The notes under the pieces: model-generated | Told to the model about the DNA's origin: nothing | The model's input: the letters and a program-made list of their open reading frames with translations, nothing else | The model's database searches: none | Part shown: positions 1 through 13,400 of the stretch, piece after piece | How the letters are laid out: every line of letters begins with the position of its first letter | Position numbering within the stretch: position 1 is the first letter of the stretch | Source: Eledone cirrhosa | Lineage: Eukaryota | Direction: 5' to 3' | DNA: 64,000 nucleotides | Assembly (NCBI GenBank): GCA_964016885.1 | Contig: OZ024754.1 | Span: 32,178,001-32,242,000 of the forward strand | Position numbers and translations under genes: made by a program

Positions 1-266
1 TAACAGTTTTGGTTTTTGTGTTTATTCTAAATGGCTAAAAGGACTCTCTTCCTTGCAGTTACAACACATGGTCTTAGTTCAAGTCCCTTGCCAAACAAGT
101 ACAACTCCAAGACTAATATATTGCTAACTTTAAGCCTTTAGCATTGACATTACTCTATATTTACTATTGTATTTTCATGGTAGACACTTTATCTCACATA
201 GTATTGAATCTATTTGGATATTATTTATTTTGAGAACAATACCTTAACATAAGTATGAGCAGCAGT

Positions 267-3200
267 TACAGCCGGTTTGCACAGAAAGAGGTGAGAGAAT
301 TCTGGCTGGATACAGCTGGTTTGAACAGAAAGAGGTGAGAGAATTCTGGCTGGATACAACTGGTTTGAACAGAAATAGGTGAGAGAATTCTGGCTATATA
401 CAGCTGCTTTGAACAGAAAGAGGTGAGAGAATTCTGGCTGGATACAACTGGTTTGAACAGAAAGAGGTGAGAGAATTCTGGCTGGATACAGCTGGTTTGA
501 ACAGAAAGAGGTGAGAGAATTCTGGCTGGATACAGCTGGTTTGAACAGAAAGAGGTGAGAGAATTCTGGCTGGATACAATTGGTTTGAACAGAAAGAGGT
601 GAGAGAATTCTGGCTGGATAGAGCTGGTTTGAACAGAAAGAGGTGAGAGAATTCTGGCTGGATACAGCTGCTTTGAACAGAAAGAGGTGAGAGAATTCTG
701 GCTGGATACAGCTGGTTTGAACAGAAAGAGGTGAGAGAATTCTGGCTGGATAGAGCTGGTTTGAACAGAAAGAGGTGAGAGAATTCTGGCTGGATACAGC
801 TGCTTTGAACAGAAAGAGGTGAGAGAATTCTGGCTGGATACAATTGGTTTGAACAGAAAGAGGTGAGAGAATTCTGGCTGGATACAGCTGGTTTGAACAA
901 AGAGGTGAGAGAATTCTGGCTGGATACAACTGGTTTGAACAGAAAGAGGTGAGAGAATTCTGGCTGGATACAACTGGTTTGAACAGAAAGAGGTGAGAGA
1001 ATTCTGGCTGGATACAACTGGTTTGAACAGAAAGAGGTGAGAGAATTCTGGCTGCATAGAGCTGGTTTGAACAGAAAGAGGTGAGAGAATTCTGGCTGGA
1101 TACAGCTGCTTTGAACAGAAAGAGGTGAGAGAATTCTGGCTGGATACAATTGGTTTGAACAGAAAGAGGTGAGAGAATTCTGGCTGGATAGAGCTGGTTT
1201 GAACAGAAAGAGGTGAGAGAATTCTGGCTGGATGCAGCTGCTTTGAACAGAAAGAGGTGAGAGAATTCTGGCTGGATACAATTGGGTTGAACAGAAAGAG
1301 GTGAGAGAATTCTGGCTGGATAGAGCTGGTTTGAACAGAAAGAGGTGAGAGAATTCTGGCTGGATACAGCTGCTTTGAACAGAAAGAGGTGAGAGAATTC
1401 TGGCTGGATACAGCTGGTTTGAACAGAAAGAGGTGAGAGAATTCTGGCTGGATAGAGCTGGTTTGAACAGAAAGAGGTGAGAGAATTCTGGCTGGATACA
1501 GCTGCTTTGAACAGAAAGAGGTGAGAGAATTCTGGCTGGATACAATTGGTTTGAACAGAAAGAGGTGAGAGAATTCTGGCTGGATACAGCTAGTTTGAAT
1601 AAAGAGATGAGAGAATTCTGGCTGGATACAACTGGTTTGAACAGAAAGAGGTGAGAGAATTCTGGCTGGATACAACTGGTTTGAACAGAAAGAGGTGAGA
1701 GAATTCTGGCTGGATACAACTGGTTTGAACAGAAAGAGGTGAGAGAATTCTGGCTGGATACAGCTGGTTTGAACAGAAAGAGGTGAGAGAATTCTGGCTG
1801 GATACAACTGGTTTGAACAGAAAGAGGTGAGAGAATTCTGGCTGGATACAACTGGTTTGAACAGAAAGAGGTGAGAGAATTCTGGCTGGATACAGCTGGT
1901 TTCAACAGAAAGAAGTGAGAGAATTCTGGCTGGATACAACTGGTTTGAACAGAAAGAGGTGAGAGAATTCTGGCTGGATACAGCTGGTTTGAACAGAAAG
2001 AGGTGAGAGAATTCTAGCTGGATACAACTGGTTTGAACAGACAGAGGTGAGAGAATTCTGGCTGGATACAGCTGGTTTGAACGGAAAGAGGTGAGAGAAT
2101 TCTGGCTGGATACAGCTGGTTTGAACAGAAAGAGGTGAGAGAATTCTGGCAGGATACAGCTGGTTTGAACAGAAAGAGGTGAGGGAATTCTGGCTGGATA
2201 CAACTGGTTTGAACAGAAAGAGGTGAGAGAATTCTGGCTGGATACAGCTGGTTTGAACAGAAAGAGGTGAGAGAATTCTGGCTGGATACAGCTGGTTTGA
2301 ACAGAAAGAGGTGAGAGAATTCTGGCTGGATACAGCTAGTTTGAACAGAAAGAGGTGAGAGAATTCTGGCAGGATACAGCTGGTTTGAACAGAAAGAGGT
2401 GAGAGAATGCTGGCTGGATACAGCTGGTTTGAACAGAAAGAGGTGAGAGAATTCTGGCTGGATACAACTGGTTTGAACAGAAAGAGGTGAGAGAATTCTG
2501 GCTGGATACAGCTGGTTTGAACAGAAAGAGGTGAGAGAATTCTGGCTGGATACAGCTGGTTTGAACAGAAAGAGGTGAGAGAATTCTGGCTGGATACAAC
2601 TGGTTTGAACAGAAAGAGGTGAGAGAATTCTGGCTGGATACAGCTGGTTTGAACAGAAAGAGGTGAGAGAATTCCGGCTGGATACAACTGGTTTGAACAG
2701 AAAGAGGTGAGAGAATTCTGGCTGGATACAGCTGGTTTGAACAGAAAGAGGTGAGAGAATTCTGGCTGGATACAGCTGGTTTGAACAGAAAGAGGTGAGA
2801 GAATTCTGGCTGGATACAGCTGGTTTGAACAGAAAGAGGTGAGAGAATTCTGGCTGGATACAGCTGGTTTGAACAGAAAGAGGTGAGAGAATTCTGGCTG
2901 GATACAGCTGGTTTGAACAGAAAGAGGTGAGAGAATTCTGGCTGGATACAGCTGGTTTGAACAGAAAGAGGTGAGAGAATTCTGGCTGGATACAACTGGT
3001 TTGAACAGAAAGAGGTGAGAGAATTCTGGCTGGATACAGCTGGTTTGAACAGAAAGAGGTGAGAGAATTCTGGCTGGATACAACTGGTTTGAACAGAAAG
3101 AGGTGAGAGAATTCTGGCTGGATACAGCTGGTTTGAACAGAAAGAGGTGAGAGAATTCTGGCTGGATACAACTGGTTTGAACAGAAAGAGGTGAGAGAAT

Positions 3201-3776
3201 TCTGGCTGGATACAGCTGGTTTGAACAGAAAGAGGTGAGAGAATTCTGGCTGGATACAGCTGGTTTGAACAGAAAGAGGTGAGAGAATTCTGGCTGGATA
3301 CAGCTGGTTTGAACAGAAAGAGGTGAGAGAATTCTGGCTGGATACAAATGGTTTGAACAGAAAGAGGTAAGAGAATTCTGGCTGGATACAACTGGTTTGA
3401 ACAGAAAGAGGTGAGAGAATTCTGGCTGGATACAGCTGGTTTGAACAGAAAGAGGTAAGAGAATTCTGGCTGGATACAACTGGTTTGAACAGAAAGAAGT
3501 GAGAGAATTCTGGCTGGATACAGCTGGTTTGAACAGAAAGAGGTGAGAGAATTCTGGCTGGATACAGCTGGTTTGAACAGAAAGAGGTGAGAGAATTCTG
3601 GCTGGATACAGCTGGTTTGAACAGAAAGAGGTGAGAGAATTCTGGCTGGATACAGCTGGTTTGAACAGAAAGAGGTGAGAGAATTCTGGCTGGATACAAA
3701 TAGTTTGAACAGAAAGAGGTAAGAGAATTCTGGCTGGATACAACTGGTTTGAACAGAAAGAAGTGAGAGAATTCTG
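267..3776. repeat. 44-bp tandem satellite, left block (~80 monomers)
   Basis: Direct tandem copies of GAGAGAATTCTGGCTGGATACAGCTGGTTTGAACAGAAAGAGGT. Nearly every unit has an EcoRI site and most have a PvuII site. Confidence 0.99.
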
Positions 3777-3781
3777 TATAG

Positions 3782-3834
<53 letters not shown>

Positions 3835-3859
3835 TATGTATAGGTGTATATATATATCA

Positions 3860-4056
3860 GATAGGGTGTGGTAAAAACCAGCTAGACAATAACCCACCAG
3901 AGTACTCGATACTTGGGGTAGTAGAGTGGGTAATAGGAAACGATTCGAGACACCGACAACTGAGCTCTGGCCATTTCAACAGCTAGATCCGAACACTGGG
4001 TTCAGATCTAGCTGTCAAAATGGCCAGAGCTCAGCCGTTGGGGTCCTGAATCATTT
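3860..4056. mobile_element. Foldback/palindromic MITE-like element embedded in (TA)n
   Basis: Arms 3942-3994 and 4000-4052 are inverted repeats (44/53 match, 5-nt loop). Segment 3865-3990 is homologous to the reverse complement of 63132-63265. Confidence 0.7.
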
Positions 4057-4264
4057 CACATATATATATATATATATATATATATCAAGTAAGTATGTTT
4101 TGAAACAGTGAGCAGGTTTGAAATTAGAAAATAGAATAGCTTTCACCGTATTTTTTACTAAAGGAATTTTAGCCTGATAATGGGGTTTAGAACCCTCAGA
4201 TAAATGGAAAAAGATGAGTATTGACGTACATATATATATATATATATATTATACACACACACAC

Positions 4265-4357
4265 AGGGGCAATCACAGTTAGTAAGGAACTCAATACATT
4301 AGTTTAGTGTAAACATCAAATTTAATATAGAAATGGCTTCTACAGAACTAGAAACAA
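4265..4357. repeat. Dispersed repeat fragment, related to 51415-51500
   Basis: Both share CACAGT..AGTAAGG.ACTCAATACAT...TTTAATATAGA...TTCTACAG..CTAGAA in the same orientation. Confidence 0.65.
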
Positions 4358-4373
4358 GTGGTAGTGTGTGAAA

Positions 4374-4466
4374 ATATATATAATAATTCAGTGAATGTAT
4401 ATATAATAATTCAGTGAATGTATATATAATGTATATATAATAATTCAGTAAATGTATATATAATAA
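4374..4466. repeat. 23-bp AT-rich minisatellite (TAATAATTCAGTGAATGTATATA), about 3-4 copies
   Basis: Direct tandem copies at 4381, 4404 and ~4438. Confidence 0.85.
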
Positions 4467-7400
4467 ACAGCTGGTTTGAACAGAAAGAGGTGAGAGAATT
4501 CTGGCTGGATACAGCTGGTTTGAACAGAAAGAGGTGAGAGAATTCTGGCTGGATACAACTGGTTTGAACAGAAAGAGGTGAGAGAATTCTGGCTGGATAC
4601 AGCTGGTTTGAACAGAAAGAGGTGAGAGAATTCTGGCTGGATACAGCTGGTTTGAACAGAAAGAGGTGAGAGAATTCTGGCTGGATACAGCTGGTTTGAA
4701 CAGAAAGAGGTGAGAGAATTCTGGCTGGATACAACTGGTTTGAACAGAAAGAGGTGAGAGAATTCTGGCTGGATACAGCTGGTTTGAACAGAAAGAGGTG
4801 AGAGAATACTGGCTGGATACAACTGGTTTGAACAGAAAGAGGTGAGAGAATTCTGGCTAGATACAGCTGGTTTGAACAGAAAGAGGTGAGAGAATTCTGG
4901 CTGGATACAGCTGGTTTGAACAGAAAGAGGTGAGAGAATTCTGGCTGGATACAGCTGGTTTGAACAGAAAGAGGTGAGAGAATTCTGCTGGATACAAATA
5001 GTTTGAACAGAAAGAGGTAAGAGAATTCTGGCTGGATACAACTGGTTTGAACAGAAAGAAGTGAGAGAATTCTGGCTGGATACAGCTGGTTTGAACAGAA
5101 AGAAGTGAGAGAATTCTGGCTGGATACAGCTGGTTTCAACAGAAAGAAGTGAGACAATTCTGGCTGGATACAGATGGTTTGAACAGAAAGAAGTGAGAGA
5201 ATTCTGGCTGGATACAACTGGTTTGAATAGAAAGAAGTGAGAGAATTCTGGCTGGATACAACTGGTTTGAACAGAAAGAAGTGAGAGAATTCTGGCTGGA
5301 TACAGCTGGTTTGAACAGAAAGATGTGAGAGAATTCTGGCTGGATACAACTGGTTTGAACAGAAAGAAGTGAGAGAATTCTGGCTGGATACAGCTGGTTT
5401 GAACAGAAAGATGTGAGAGAATTCTGGCTGGATACAACTGGTTTGAACAGAAAGAAGTGAGAGAATTCTGGCTGGATACAGCTGGTTTGAACAGAAAGAA
5501 GTGAGAGAATTCTGGCTGGATACAGCTGGTTTGAACAGAAAGAAGTGAGAGAATTCTGGCTGGATACAACTGGTTTGAACAGAAAGAAGTGAGAGAATTC
5601 TGGCTGGATACAACTGGTTTGAACAGAAAGAAGTGAGAGAATTCTGGCTGGATACAGCTGGTTTGAACAGAAAGAAGTGAGAGAATTCCGGCTGGATACA
5701 GTTGGTTTGAACAGAAAGAGGTAAGAGAATTCTGGCTGGATACAGCTGGTTTGAACAGAAAGAAGTGAGAGAATTCTGGCTGGATACAGCTCATTTGAAC
5801 AGAAAGAGGTGAGAGAATTCTGGCTGGATACAGCTGGTTTGAACAGAAAGAGGTGAGAGAATATTGGCTGGATACAGCTGGTTTGAACAGAAAGAGGTGA
5901 GAGAATTCTGGCTGGATACAGCTGGTTTGAACAGAAAAAAGTGAGAGAATTCTGGCTAGATACAGCTGGTTTGAACAGAAAGAGGTGAGAGAATTCTGGC
6001 TGGATACAAATGGTTTGAACAGAAAGAGGTAAGAGAATTCTGGCTGGATACAACTGGTTTGAACAGAAAGAGGTGAGAGAATTCTGGCTGGATACAGCTG
6101 GTTTGAACAGAAAGAGGTAAGAGAATTCTGGCTGGATACAACTGGTTTGAACAGAAAGAAATGAGAGAATTCTGGCTGGATACAGCTGGTTTGAACAGAA
6201 AGAGGTGAGAGAATTCTGGCTGGATACAGCTGGTTTGAACAGAAAGAGGTGAGAGAATTCTGGCTGGATACAACTGGTTTGAACAGAAAGAGGTGAGAGA
6301 ATTCTGGCTGGATACAGCTGGTTTGAACAGAAAGAGGTGAGAGAATTCTGGCTGGAGACAGCTGGTTTGAACAGAAAGAGGTGAGAGAATTCTGGCTGGA
6401 TACAACTGGTTTGAACAGAAAGAGGTGAGAGAATTCTGGCTGGATACAGCTGGTTTGAACAGAAAGAGGTGAGAGAATTCTGGCTGGATACAACTGGTTT
6501 GAACAGAAAGAGGTGAGAGAATTCTGGCTGGATACATCTGGTTTGAACAGAAAGAGGTGAGAGAATTCTGGCTGGATACAGCTGGTTTGAACAGAAAGAG
6601 GTGAGAGAATTCTGGCTGGATACAGCTGGTTTGAACAGAAAGAGGTGAGAGAATTCTGGCTGGATACAGCTGGTTTGAACAGAAAGAGGTGAGAGAATTC
6701 TGGCTGGATACAACTGGTTTGAACAGAAAGAGGTGAGAGAATTCTGGCTGGATACAGCTGGTTTGAACAGAAAGAGGTGAGAGAATACTGGCTGGATACA
6801 ACTGGTTTGAACAGAAAGAGGTGAGAGAATTCTGGCTGGATACAGCTGGTTTGAACAGAAAGAGGTGAGAGAATTCTGGCTGGATACAGCTGGTTTGAAC
6901 AGAAAGAGGTGAGAGAATTCTGGCTGGATACAAATAGTTTGAACAGAAAGAGGTAAGAGAATTCTGGCTGGATACAACTGGTTTGAACAGAAAGAAGTGA
7001 GAGAATTCTGGCTGGATACAGCTGGTTTGAACAGAAAGAAGTGAGAGAATTCTGGCTGGATACAGCTGGTTTGAACAGAAAGAAGTGAGAGAATTCTGGC
7101 TGGATACAGATGGTTTGAACAGAAAGAAGTGAGAGAATTCTGGCTGGATACAACTGGTTTGAATAGAAAGAAGTGAGAGAATTCTGGCTGGATACAACTG
7201 GTTTGAACAGAAAGAAGTGAGAGAATTCTGGCTGGATACAGCTGGTTTGAACAGAAAGATGTGAGAGAATTCTGGCTGGATACAACTGGTTTGAACAGAA
7301 AGAAGTGAGAGAATTCTGGCTGGATACAGCTGGTTTGAACAGAAAGATGTGAGAGAATTCTGGCTGGATACAACTGGTTTGAACAGAAAGAAGTGAGAGA

Positions 7401-10400
7401 ATTCTGGCTGGATACAACTGGTTTGAACAGAAAGAGGTGAGAGAATTCTGGCTGGATACAACTGGTTTGAACAGAAAGAAGTGAGAGAATTCTGGCTGGA
7501 TACAGCTGGTTTGAACAGAAAGAAGTGAGAGAATTCTGGCTGGATACAGCTGGTTTGAACAGAAAGAAGTGAGAGAATTCTGGCTGGATACAACTGGTTT
7601 GAACAGAAAGAAGTGAGAGAATTCTGGCTGGATACAACTGGTTTGAACAGAAAGAAGTGAGAGATTTCTGGCTGGATACAGCTGGTTTGAACAGAAAGAA
7701 GTGAGAGAATTCCGGCTGGATACAGCTGGTTTGAACAGAAAGAGGTGAGAGAATTCTGGCTGGATACAGCTGGTTTGAACAGAAAAAAGTGAGAGAATTC
7801 TGGCTGGATACAGCTGGTTTGAACAGAAAGAAGTGAGAGAATTCTGGCTGGATACAGCTGGTTTGAACAGAAAGAGGTGAGAGAATTCTGGCTGGATACA
7901 ACTGGTTTGAACAGAAAGAGGTAAGAGAATTCTGACTGGATACAGCTGGTTTGAACAGAAAGAGGTAAGAGAATTATGGCTGGATACAACTGGTTTGAAC
8001 AGAAAGAAGTGAGAGAATTCTGGCTGGATACAGCTGGTTTGAACCTAAAGAGGTAAGAGAATTCTGGCTGGATACAGCTGGTTTGAACAGAAAGAAGTGA
8101 GAGAATTCTGGCTGGATACACTTGGTTTGAACAGAAAGAGGTAAGAGAATTCTGGCTGGATACAGCTGGTTTGAACAGAAAGAGGTAAGAGAATTCTGGC
8201 TGGATACAGCTGGTTTGAACAGAAAGAAGTGAGAGAATTCTGGCTGGATACAGTTGGTTTGAACAGAAAGAGGTAAGAGAATTCTGGCTGGATACAGCTG
8301 GTTTGAACAGAAAGAAGTGAGAGAATTCTGGCTGGATACAGCTCATTTGAACAGAAAGAGGTGAGAGAATTCTGGCTGGATACAGCTGGTTTGAACAGAA
8401 AGAGGTGAGAGAATTCTGGCTGGATACAGCTGGTTTGAACAGAAAGAGGTGAGAGAATTCTGGCTGGATACAGCTGGTTTGAACAGAAAGAAGTGAGAGA
8501 ATTCTGGCTGGATACAGCTGGTTTGAACAGAAAGAAGTGAGAGAATTCTGGCTGGATACAGCTGGTTTGAACAGAAAGAGGTGAGAGAATTCTGGCTGGA
8601 TACAACTGGTTTGAACAGAAAGAGGTAAGAGAATTCTGGCTGGATACAGCTGGTTTGAACAGAAAGAGGTAAGAGAATTCTGGCTGGATACAACTGGTTT
8701 GAACAGAAAGAAGTGAGAGAATTCTGGCTGGATACAGCTGGTTTGAACAGAAAGAGGTAAGAGAATTCTGGCTGGATACAGCTGGTTTGAACAGAAAGAA
8801 GTGAGAGAATTCTGGCTGGATACAACTGGTTTGAACAGAAAGAGGTAAGAGAATTCTGGCTGGATACAGATGGTTTGAACAGAAAGAGGTAAGAGAATTC
8901 TGGCTGGATACAACTGGTTTGAACAGAAAGAAGTGAGAGAATTCTGGCTGGATACAGCTGGTTTGAACAGAAAGAGGTAAGAGAATTCTCGCTGGATACA
9001 GCTGGTTTGAACAGAAAGAAGTGAGAGAATTCTGGCTGGATACAGCTGGTTTGAACAAAAAGAAGTGAGAGAATTCTGGCTGGATACAACTGGTTTGAAC
9101 AGAAAGAAGTGAGAGAATTCTGGCTGGATACAGCTGGTTTGAACAGAAAGAAGTGAGAGAATTCTGGCTGGATACAGCTGGTTTGAACAGAAAGAGGTGA
9201 GAGAATTCTGGCTGGATACAACTGGTTTGAACAGAAAGAGGTGAGAGAATTCTGGCTGGATACAGCTGGTTTGAACAGAAAGAGGTGAGAGAATTCTGGC
9301 TGGATACAGCTGGTTTGAACAGAAAGAGGTGAGAGAATTCTGGCTGGATACAGCTGGTTTGAACAGAAAGAGGTGAGAGAATTCTGGCTGGATACAGCTA
9401 GTTTGAACAGAAAGAGGTGAGAGAATTCTGGCAGGATACAGCTGGTTTGAACAAAAAGAGGTGAGAGAATGCTGGCTGGATACAGCTGGTTTGAACAGAA
9501 AGAGGTGAGAGAATTCTGGCTGGATACAGCTGGTTTGAACAGAAAGAGGTGAGAGAATTCTGGCTGGATACAGCTGGTTTGAACAGAAAGAGGTGAGAGA
9601 ATTCTGGCTGGATACAACTGGTTTGAACAGAAAGAGGTGAGAGAATTCTGGCTGGATACAGCTGGTTTGAACAGAAAGAGGTGAGAGAATTCCGGCTGGA
9701 TACAACTGGTTTGAACAGAAAGAGGTGAGAGAATTCCGGCTGGATACAGCTGGTTTGAACAGAAAGAAGTGAGAGAATTCTGGCTGGATACAACTGGTTT
9801 GAACAGAAAGAGGTGAGAGAATTCTGGCTGGATACAGCTGGTTTGAACAGAAAGAGGTAAGAGAATTCTGGCTGGATACAGCTGGTTTGAACAGAAAGAG
9901 GTAAGAGAATTCTGGCTGGATACAGCTGGTTTGAACAGAAAGAGGTGAGAGAATTCTGGCTGGATACAACTGGTTTGAACAGAAAGAGGTGAGAGAATTC
10001 TGGCTGGATACAGCTGGTTCGAACAGAAAGAGGTGAGAGAATTCTGGCTGGATACAGCTGGTTTGAACAGAAAGAAGTGAGAGAATTCTGGCTGGATACA
10101 GCTGGTTTGAACAGAAAGAAGTGAGAGAATTCTGGCTGGATACAGCTGGTTTGAACAGAAAGAGGTGAGAGAATTCTGGCTGGATACAGCTGGTTTGAAC
10201 AGAAAGAGGTAAGAGAATTCTGGCTGGATACAGCTGGTTTGAACAGAATTAAGTGAGAGAATTCTGGCTGGATACAGCTGGTTTGAACAGAAAGAGGTAA
10301 GAGAATTCTGGCTGGATACAGCTGGTTTGAACAGAAAGAAGTGAGAGAATTCTGGCTGGATACAGCTGGTTTGAACAGAAAGAAGTGAGAGAATTCTGGC

Positions 10401-13400
10401 TGGATACAGCTGGTTTGAACAGAAAGAAGTGAGAGAATTCTGGCTGGATACAGCTGGTTTGAACAGAAAGAGTGAGAGAATTCTGGCTGGATACAGCTGG
10501 TTCAAACAGAAAGAGGTGAGAGAATTCTGGCTGGATACAGCTGGTTTGAACAGAAAGAGGTGAGAGAATTCTGGCTGGATACAGCTGGTTTGAACAGAAA
10601 GAGTGAGAGAATTCTGGCTGGATACAGCTGGTTTGAACAGAAAGAGTGAGAGAATTCTGGCTGGATACAGCTGGTTTAAACAGAAAGAGGTGAGAGAATT
10701 CTGGCTGGATACAGCTGGTTTGAACAGAAAGAGGTGAGAGAATTCTGGCTGGATACAGCTGGTTTGAACAGAAAGAGGTGAGAGAATTCTGGCTGGATAC
10801 AGCTGGTTTGAACAGAAAGAGGTTAGAGAATTCTGGCTGGATACAGCTGGTTTGAACAGAAAGAGGTAAGAGAATTCTGGCTGGATACAACTGGTTTGAA
10901 CAGAAAGAGGTAAGAGAATTCTGGCTGGATACAGCTGGTTTGAACAGAAAGAGGTAAGAGAATTCTGGCTGGATACAGCTGGTTTGAACAGAAAGAAGTG
11001 AGAGAATTCTGGCTGGATACAGCTGGTTTGAACAGAAAGAGGTTAGAGAATTCTGGCTGGATACAGCTTGTTTGAACAGAAAGAGGTAAGAGAATTCTGG
11101 CTGGATACAACTGGTTTGAACAGAAAGAGGTAAGAGAATTCTGGCTGGATACAGCTGGTTTGAACAGAAAGAGGTAAGAGAATTCTGGCTGGATACAGCT
11201 GGTTTGAATAGAAAGAAGTGAGAGAATTCTGGCTAGATACAGCTGGTTTGAACAGAAAGAGGTGAGAGAATTCTGGCTGGATACAGCTGGTTTGAACAGA
11301 AAGAGGTGAGAGAATTCTGGCTGGATACAGCTGGTTTGAACAGAAAGAGGTGAGAGAATTCTGTCTGGATACAGCTAGTTTGAACAGAAAGAGGTGAGAG
11401 AATTCTGGCAGGATACAGCTGGTTTGAACAGAAAGAGGTGAGAGAATGCTGGCTGGATACAGCTGGTTTGAACAGAAAGAGGTGAGAGAATTCTGGCTGG
11501 ATACAACTGGTTTGAACAGAAAGAGGTGAGAGAATTCTGGCTGGATACAGCTGGTTTGAACAGAAAGAGGTGAGAGAATTCTGGCTGGATACAGCTGGTT
11601 TGAACAGAAAGAGGTGAGAGAATTCTGGCTGGATACAACTGGTTTGAACAGAAAGAGGTGAGAGAATTCTGGCTGGATACAGCTGGTTTGAACAGAAATA
11701 AGTGAGAGAATTCTGGCTGGATACAGCTGGTTTGAACAGAAAGAGGTAAGAGAATTCTGGCTGGATACAGCTGGTTTGAACAGAAAGAAGTGAGAGAATT
11801 CTGGCTGGATACAGCTGGTTTGAACAGAAAGAAGTGAGAGAATTCTGGCTGGATACAGCTGGTTTGAACAGAAAGAAGTGAGAGAATTCTGGCTGGATAC
11901 AGCTGGTTTGAACAGAAAGAGTGAGAGAATTCTGGCTGGATACAGCTGGTTCAAACTGAAAGAGGTGAGAGAATTCTGGCTGGATACAGCTGGTTTGAAC
12001 AGAAAGAGATGAGAGAATTCTGGCTGGATACAGCTGGTTTGAACAGAAAGAGTGAGAGAATTCTGGCTGGATACAGCTGGTTTGAACAGAAAGAGTGAGA
12101 GAATTCTGGCTGGATACAGCTGGTTTAAACAGAAAGAGGTGAGAGAATTCTGGCTGGATACAGCTGGTTTGAACAGAAAGAGGTGAGAGAATTCTGGCTG
12201 GATACAGCTGGTTTGAACAGAAAGAGGTAAGAGAATTCTGGCTGGATACAGCTGATTTGAACAGAAAGAGGTGAGAGAATTCTGGCTGGATACAGCTGGT
12301 TTGAACAGAAAGAGGTTAGAGAATTCTGGCTGGATACAGCTGGTTTGAACAGAAAGAGGTAAGAGAATTCTGGCTGGATACAACTGGTTTGAACAGAAAG
12401 AGGTAAGAGAATTCTGGCTGGATACAGCTGGTTTGAACAGAAAGAGGTAAGAGAATTCTGGCTGTATACAGCTGGTTTGAACAGAAAGAGGTGAGAGAAT
12501 TCTGGCTGGATACAACTGGTTTGAACAGAAAGAGGTGAGAGAATTCTGGCCGGATACAGCTGGTTTGAACAGAAAGAGGTGAGAGAATTCTGGCTGGATA
12601 CAGCTGGTTTGAACAGAAAGAGGTGAGAGAATTCTGGCTGGATACAGCTGGTTTGAACAGAAAGAGGTGAGAGAATTCTGGCTGGATACAGCTAGTTTGA
12701 ACAGAAAGAGGTGAGAGAATTCTGGCAGGATACAGCTGGTTTGAACAGAAAGAGGTGAGAGAATGCTGGCTGGATACAGCTGGTTTGAACAGAAAGAGCT
12801 GAGAGAATTCTGGCTGGATACAGCTGGTTTGAACAGAAAGAGGTAAGAGAATTCTGGCTGGATACAGCTGGTTTGAACAGAAAGAAGTGAGAGAATTCTG
12901 GCAGGATACAGCTGGTTTGAACAGAAAGAGGTGAGAGAATGCTGGCTGGATACAGCTGGTTTGAACAGAAAGAGGTGAGAGAATTCCGGCTGGATACAAC
13001 TGGTTTGAACAGAAAGAGGTGAGAGAATTCTGGCTGGATACAGCTGGTTTGAACAGAAAGAAGTGAGAGAATTCTGCCTGGATACAACTGGTTTGAACAG
13101 AAAGAGGTGAGAGAATTCTGGCTGGATACAACTGGTTTGAACAGAAAGAGGTGAGAGAATTCTGGCTGGATACAGCTGGTTTGAACAGAAAGAGGTAAGA
13201 GAATTCTGGCTGGATACAACTGGTTTGAACAGAAAGAAATGAGAGAATTCTGGCTGGATACAGCTGGTTTGAACAGAAAGAGGTGAGAGAATTCTGGCTG
13301 GATACAGCTGGTTTGAACAGAAAGAGGTGAGAGAATTCTGGCTGGATACAACTGGTTTGAACAGAAAGAGGTGAGAGAATTCTGGCTGGATACAGCTGGT

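Larger units (their letters stand above)
3777..4466. other. Non-satellite island interrupting the array: (TA)n tracts, foldback element, repeat fragments
   Basis: The array stops at ...GAGAGAATTCTG (3776) and resumes at ACAGCTGGTTT (4467). Confidence 0.95.
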
